A DNA stretch of 64,000 nt from Hyphomonas sp. Its GTDB lineage: Bacteria > Pseudomonadota > Alphaproteobacteria > Caulobacterales > Hyphomonadaceae. The stretch spans positions 6,292 through 70,291 of the forward strand of contig NZ_JBKBXW010000011.1 in the NCBI RefSeq assembly GCF_046313735.1. The letters run 5' to 3'. Below the pieces are notes generated by a model. The model was not told the DNA's origin and searched no databases. It was given only the letters and a program-made list of their open reading frames with translations. Position numbers and translations under genes: made by a program. Positions 59,028 to 64,000 of this stretch are shown in pieces (the stretch's first letter is position 1; each line of letters begins with the position of its first letter).

Positions 59028-61775
59028 TCACCTTGCTGCGAGCGCAGCGGCGAGGTCAGTCAGCGGCCCTTCCTTCAGGGCTTCGCAGAGGGCAACGCGC
59101 TCCAGCGCGAGGGCAAGCTGGCGCTCATAGCCGGGGATCTGCCCGGACTTGCTGCGCAGGAACGCCTCCGCCCGCCCGGCATCCACCGACGAGCAGAAGC
59201 CTCCGGCAAAAGCGCCGACCTGCTGGCGCCGCACAACCGGCAGCTTTTCGATGATGGCGTCGAACCGCGCCTCGAAGGCCTCCCAGGCGAGTGCCGCTGC
59301 TCCGGTATTCAGGCCGGGATTGGTGGCATCCGCAGAGCTGGTGAACGAGGCCGAGAGCGCGGACCAGATGTCTGATGGGCTCGCGCTTGTATCGGGAAGT
59401 TGGCGGATAAGGTCTGCAACCACTTGAGGGGCGCCGCGCGCGGCAATCGCCCGGAGAATCGCCGTGCGCTCTGCCTGGTTCTGTGAGACGAGCGCGAAAG
59501 ACAGCGCAGCCTCTGCAAAGGCGCTGCCCTTCTCCTGTACACCCGCCCCAATGGCGGCGCTCACTTCCTGTGCCTGCAGCGCTGCGGGATCCGGATTGCG
59601 GCCGGACGTGCCGATGAAACGTTCCGCACGCTGCACAAGCTGGGCGCGTGCCTGGGGGCGCTCCCCGGCCGCGATCAGAAGCGCTGTCAGGGATTCGCGC
59701 AGCAATGTCTCGCGGGCTGTGAGCGAAGCAGCGGGCCGCGACAGGAGCTGGCGTTCAGCCGGGGCATACGTCGTCTCGAGCCAGCGTGAGAAGGCGGCCC
59801 GGTCGTCCGTATCAAGACGGGCATGATAGCCGCGCAGCGCGCCGAGCGGGCGGATCATGGCGGCGGCCGATCCCCGGGTTGATGCTTCCAGGCCGCTCAG
59901 CAGGGTTTCGCCGCTGACCGAGCCGGCCTCGAAGCCGGCGATCAGGGAGTCGAGGTATACCATCTGCTCGCCCGCGCTCAGCTCGCCATAATGGGCGGCA
60001 AGCCGGGCCGCGCTGTCGGCGTCCAGCGCGAAGCGCCAGTATCCGGTCCCGCCCGCATTCGGCATGACATAATCCGGGCACGCATCAAGCTCGATCCGGC
60101 TGTCGGCGGCTGTCAGCATCTGGCGAATTGTCTGGTCGCCGGATGCAGTGGAGATCCGGGCAGAGAACGGGATACGCCAGGTCGTGCCATCCGGGTCAAT
60201 CTGCGAGCCGAGCGGCGCGTAGCGGGATTGCCTGATTTCAAGCGTCGCCGCGCCGTCATCCGGGCACGCTGCGCTCACCTGCAGGACAGGAATGCCGGGC
60301 TGCAGGATGAAGGTCCGGAAACTCTCCACCACAGCGCTGTCGCCGGACCCTTCAGCCAGGCTCTGCAGGAAGTCGTCCACATCCGCGACCCCATCGGCGA
60401 AGCGTTTCATGTGCACGCGAATGCCCTGCCGGAATGCCTCCTCGCCCAGATAGGTCTCGAACATGTTCAGCACGCTGCCGCCCTTGGAATAGGTGATCGC
60501 GTCAAAGGCGTCGTTGATGTCGCCATTGGACGTGACCGGATTCCGGATCTGGCGGACATTTCGCAGGCTGTCATCGCGCATGGCGTTCAGTCCGGATGCG
60601 ATGGGGCTGAGGTCCCATTCCCCCTCGGGCTCGAGCGCGTGCATCGTCTTGTAGCTGAACCAGGTCGCAAAGGATTCGTTCAGCCAGATATCATTCCACC
60701 ATTTGGGGGTCACCAGGTTCCCGAACCATTGGTGCGCCAGTTCGTGGGCATGGGTATTGAAGATGTTGCGGCGCTGGTTCAGCGAAGTGCGCTCATCAAT
60801 CAGCAGCGCCGATTCCCGGTAGATGATGGCGCCGGCATTTTCCATGGCGCCCCAGGCGAAATCCGGGGCCGCGATCAGGTCCAGTTTCCCATAGGGATAG
60901 GGCTCTGCGAAATAGTCCTCCTGCCACATCAACATCGGATGCGTGATCCGCAATGCCTCCTCCAGCATCGCGCTCTTGCCTGCCGCTGCATAACCGCGCA
61001 GCGGAATAGGCGCCTGCCGGAGACCCGCCGTGTAGTCGATCCATTGCAGCTCGGTTTCGTCATAAGGCCCGACGGCCAGAGCAACGAGGTAAGACGGAAT
61101 TGGGCGCGTCGGAGAGAAGATATGGCGCTCCAGCCCGTCGCCAGCCGGTTCAGCCGCGATATGCATTCCGTTGGATATGACCTTCAGACCCTCAGGCGCC
61201 GTCACCGTCAGTGCCCAGATGGTTTTGAACCGTGGCTCGTCAAAGCTCGGCACCATCCGGCGGGCATCAATGGCCTGCATCTGGCTGGCAAGATACGGCT
61301 TGCCGCCTTGCGTCACCTTGTAGAGCCCGGCGAGGCCGAGATTGTAAGGCGCCTCATAGTCAAAGACGAGCGTGACATTGCCGGCCGGCAGGGGCGTCTC
61401 GAAGTCGAGCCTTGACACGCCGCCGGGCGCCTCATTGCCGGTAAAGGCCGCAGGAATTTCGTCGCCGCTTGGGAGGCGGGCAAAGACGTTCAGGATGTTC
61501 ATGTCCTGCGCGTGCAGCCAGATACGCGCATGCGGCGCATCGAGGGTGACATCAATCTCGACATCCGCCGTGAAGCCCTCGGCGGCCGGGTCCGCCACAA
61601 TGTTCAGCCTGTAGACAGTCGGGGTCACCCCAGAGGGAAGCTGGCCGGCTGGCGGCTCCTGGAGACGCACGATATCCGGCTCTCCCCCGCCGAGTGCAAG
61701 GTTCGGTCCGCAAGCCGCAAGGGTCAGCACTGAAGCAGCAGCCAGAAGGGTGGAAGCAAGGTGACGGCGGAGCAT
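59028..61775 (-). CDS. M1 family aminopeptidase (lipoprotein)
   Basis: GAMEN, HELAH...WLNE, YSKG; lipobox LAAC. Confidence 0.93.
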   Translation of the reverse strand: MLRRHLASTLLAAASVLTLAACGPNLALGGGEPDIVRLQEPPAGQLPSGVTPTVYRLNIVADPAAEGFTADVEIDVTLDAPHARIWLHAQDMNILNVFARLPSGDEIPAAFTGNEAPGGVSRLDFETPLPAGNVTLVFDYEAPYNLGLAGLYKVTQGGKPYLASQMQAIDARRMVPSFDEPRFKTIWALTVTAPEGLKVISNGMHIAAEPAGDGLERHIFSPTRPIPSYLVALAVGPYDETELQWIDYTAGLRQAPIPLRGYAAAGKSAMLEEALRITHPMLMWQEDYFAEPYPYGKLDLIAAPDFAWGAMENAGAIIYRESALLIDERTSLNQRRNIFNTHAHELAHQWFGNLVTPKWWNDIWLNESFATWFSYKTMHALEPEGEWDLSPIASGLNAMRDDSLRNVRQIRNPVTSNGDINDAFDAITYSKGGSVLNMFETYLGEEAFRQGIRVHMKRFADGVADVDDFLQSLAEGSGDSAVVESFRTFILQPGIPVLQVSAACPDDGAATLEIRQSRYAPLGSQIDPDGTTWRIPFSARISTASGDQTIRQMLTAADSRIELDACPDYVMPNAGGTGYWRFALDADSAARLAAHYGELSAGEQMVYLDSLIAGFEAGSVSGETLLSGLEASTRGSAAAMIRPLGALRGYHARLDTDDRAAFSRWLETTYAPAERQLLSRPAASLTARETLLRESLTALLIAAGERPQARAQLVQRAERFIGTSGRNPDPAALQAQEVSAAIGAGVQEKGSAFAEAALSFALVSQNQAERTAILRAIAARGAPQVVADLIRQLPDTSASPSDIWSALSASFTSSADATNPGLNTGAAALAWEAFEARFDAIIEKLPVVRRQQVGAFAGGFCSSVDAGRAEAFLRSKSGQIPGYERQLALALERVALCEALKEGPLTDLAAALAAR

Positions 61776-61900
61776 GAGGGCAACCTTTTTGGCCGTGGAT
61801 GCGAGTGGCCCCCTCTAATCACAGACTGAAGGGCTGGCAAAGCTCACAAACTGTCTGCGATTCCACAGAAAGTTTACGCCTGTCACGCACACTCGGCTTC

Positions 61901-62575
61901 ATGTTCCGATTGTATCACTGGCCTCTCGATCCTGCCGGACGCCTTGTCCGGCTCGTCCTCGCCGAAAAGGGTGAGGTCTTTGAGACAATTCTGTCACCTG
62001 CCTGGATGCCGAGGCCGGAAGTGGTTGCCATCGCGCCGGGCGCAGTGACGCCGGCGCTGATCGCCCTCGAGGGGCCACATCCTTTTGCTGCAAGCGGCAC
62101 GCGCGCAATCTGCGAGCATCTTGAGGAAACCCGCCCGGCCCCCGCATTGCTGCCGGAGGATCCGTGTGAGCGCGCCGAGGCCCGCCGCCTCTGGGCCTGG
62201 GTTGAGGCCGGCATGGAGGAAGTGACCGACACACTGCTGACCGAACGGGTGATGCAGTGGGTGCGCCGCGACCGCCAGCCGGATTCGGAAAAGCTGCGCC
62301 GCGGCGTGCACGCCCTGCGCGGGCGCCTCACCTTCCTCAACGCCCTCGCCGAGCAGAGCGGCTATCTGGCGGGCCGCCAGCTATCGATTGCTGACCTTGC
62401 CGCCGCCGCGCATCTCTCCGCTTACGACTATTTCGGCGATGTGCAGTGGGACGCCGTGCCAGACCTGAAAGCCTGGTACATGCGGGTCAAATCCCGGCCC
62501 AGTTTCCGCCCGCTATTGACAGACCGGCTGGAGGCTGCCCGTCCTTCACCGCATTATGCAGACCTCGACTTCTGA
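61901..62575 (+). CDS. fzlA: FtsZ-binding GST-like protein FzlA
   Basis: [20 protein letters not shown]...[10 protein letters not shown]...HYADLDF, upstream of queG. Confidence 0.8.
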   Translation: MFRLYHWPLDPAGRLVRLVLAEKGEVFETILSPAWMPRPEVVAIAPGAVTPALIALEGPHPFAASGTRAICEHLEETRPAPALLPEDPCERAEARRLWAWVEAGMEEVTDTLLTERVMQWVRRDRQPDSEKLRRGVHALRGRLTFLNALAEQSGYLAGRQLSIADLAAAAHLSAYDYFGDVQWDAVPDLKAWYMRVKSRPSFRPLLTDRLEAARPSPHYADLDF

Positions 62576-63680
62576 CATCCGATCAAGCCTGAAGCAGGCC
62601 GCCCTCGCGCTCGGCTTTGATGCTGCGGGCATCGCGCGGGCGGATCAGATATGGAGCGCGGGCGCGCGGCTGGAGGAATTCGTTGCGCTCGGCCGGCATG
62701 GCAGCATGGCGTGGATGGAAACAACGCTCACGCGCCGCAAGGCGCCGACAGCCATGTGGCCGGAGGCGAAGTCGGCGCTCGTCGTCGCCCTGAACTACGG
62801 CCCGGATCATGATCCGCTCGATACCCTCGCGCTGAGGGAGACCGGCAACATCTCCGTCTATGCCCGCGGGCGGGACTATCACGATGTGATCAAGCCAAAG
62901 CTCAAGCAGCTGGCCGGGCAGGTGGCGGACCTCACCAAGGCCGAAGTAAAGGTCTTCGTCGATACCGCGCCGCTGATGGAAAAGCCGCTGGCAGCGCTGG
63001 CGGGCCTTGGCTGGCAGGGCAGGCACACAAACCTCGTCAGCCGCGAACTCGGCTCGTGGTTCTTCCTTGGCACAGTATTGACCAGCGCCGAGATCGAGCC
63101 CGACGCAGCCGAGAGCGATCATTGCGGCAGCTGCCGCGCCTGTCTCGACATCTGCCCGACTGATGCGTTCCCGGCGCCCTACCAGCTCGATGCGCGCCGC
63201 TGCATTTCCTATCTCACCATCGAACATGCCGGCCCCATCCCGGCGGAATTCCGCGCCGCGATGGGCAACCGCATCTATGGCTGCGACGATTGCCTGGCCG
63301 CCTGCCCATGGAACAAGTTCGCGCGCGCCGCGTCTCAATCGGCAATGTATGCGCGCGTCGAACTCAAAGGCCCTGACCTGGCCGAACTCGCGGCCCTGGA
63401 TGATGCGGCTTTCCGGGAAGTCTTCTCGGGCTCGCCCGTCAAGCGCAGCGGGCGGGACAGGTTTATCCGCAATGTCTGCATCGCGATCGGAAACTCCGGC
63501 AGCGCGCGCCTCTTGCCGAGCCTGCTGCCCCTGCTGGACGATGCCTCGCCGCTGGTGCGCGGGGCGGCGGTCTGGGCGCTCGCCCGCCTTGATCCTGCCC
63601 GCTTTGCCGAGGAAAAAGCCCGCCGGTATGGCGCCGAGGCTGACCCCTCCGTCGTCAGTGAATGGGATCAGGCAGCATGA
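62556..63680 (+). CDS. queG: Epoxyqueuosine reductase
   Basis: [39 protein letters not shown]...CPWN. Confidence 0.95.
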   Translation: MQTSTSDIRSSLKQAALALGFDAAGIARADQIWSAGARLEEFVALGRHGSMAWMETTLTRRKAPTAMWPEAKSALVVALNYGPDHDPLDTLALRETGNISVYARGRDYHDVIKPKLKQLAGQVADLTKAEVKVFVDTAPLMEKPLAALAGLGWQGRHTNLVSRELGSWFFLGTVLTSAEIEPDAAESDHCGSCRACLDICPTDAFPAPYQLDARRCISYLTIEHAGPIPAEFRAAMGNRIYGCDDCLAACPWNKFARAASQSAMYARVELKGPDLAELAALDDAAFREVFSGSPVKRSGRDRFIRNVCIAIGNSGSARLLPSLLPLLDDASPLVRGAAVWALARLDPARFAEEKARRYGAEADPSVVSEWDQAA

Positions 63681-64000
63681 CCGGGACAGGCATAGACAGC
63701 GAAGACAAGCCCCGCCCGCGCTGGCGCCGTCCTGTGATCATCACAGGTCTTGTCCTGCTCGTTCTTGGCCTCCTGCCGCATTTTTATGCGCTGATCCTCG
63801 CGGCCATGCCTGTTCCAGGCACGATCCTGATGGCCCAGCGCGCCGGGCAGGGGCAGGAGGTGCGCCAGCACTGGACGCGGCTTGAGGACATCTCGCCCCG
63901 CCTCGTCTATGCCGTGATCGCAGCGGAAGACGCAAACTTCTGCACCCATGGCGGCATTGACTGGGACGCGGTCGACGCCGCCCGCGAATGGAACGAGCGC
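63677..64000 (+). CDS. mtgA: Monofunctional peptidoglycan transglycosylase (runs off window end)
   Basis: Translated by hand: N-terminal TM segment, then [31 protein letters not shown] (GT51 motif 1); ATGA overlap with queG. Confidence 0.88.
   Translation, partial: MTGTGIDSEDKPRPRWRRPVIITGLVLLVLGLLPHFYALILAAMPVPGTILMAQRAGQGQEVRQHWTRLEDISPRLVYAVIAAEDANFCTHGGIDWDAVDAAREWNER

Overview
A GC-rich alphaproteobacterial chromosomal segment. The gene set (fzlA, large NAD-GDH, COQ9 divergent from rpsU, ccr/ecm, a CIR-like repeat, CtrA- and LexA-type boxes) points to a Caulobacterales/Hyphomonas-like organism; this is inference. It holds about 58 mostly housekeeping or metabolic genes (rpsU, tdk, ggt, efp-epmA-epmB, serC/serA, purA, ccr, ecm, rimK, queG, mtgA and others) and one tRNA-Arg(ACG). 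I saw no integrase, transposase, prophage or CRISPR array. The most unusual signals: (1) a triple GAAC-N7 LexA box plus a CtrA-like site ahead of an uncharacterised 112-aa gene; (2) a signalling block after the tRNA (phosphatase, PAS-GGDEF-EAL, GAF, PilZ, EcfG-like sigma) with a cryptic NepR-like frame lacking a start codon; (3) an apparent ATA start for rpsU; (4) a voltage-gated channel with a Cav-like TMEGW filter; (5) a primase-zinc-finger-like domain fused to a membrane coiled-coil protein next to a perfect CtrA box; (6) a tandem cytoplasmic/secreted vWA pair; (7) an in-frame TAG in a MaoC gene; (8) two candidate C-rich-loop sRNAs. All family calls come from motif recognition by eye, not database searches.
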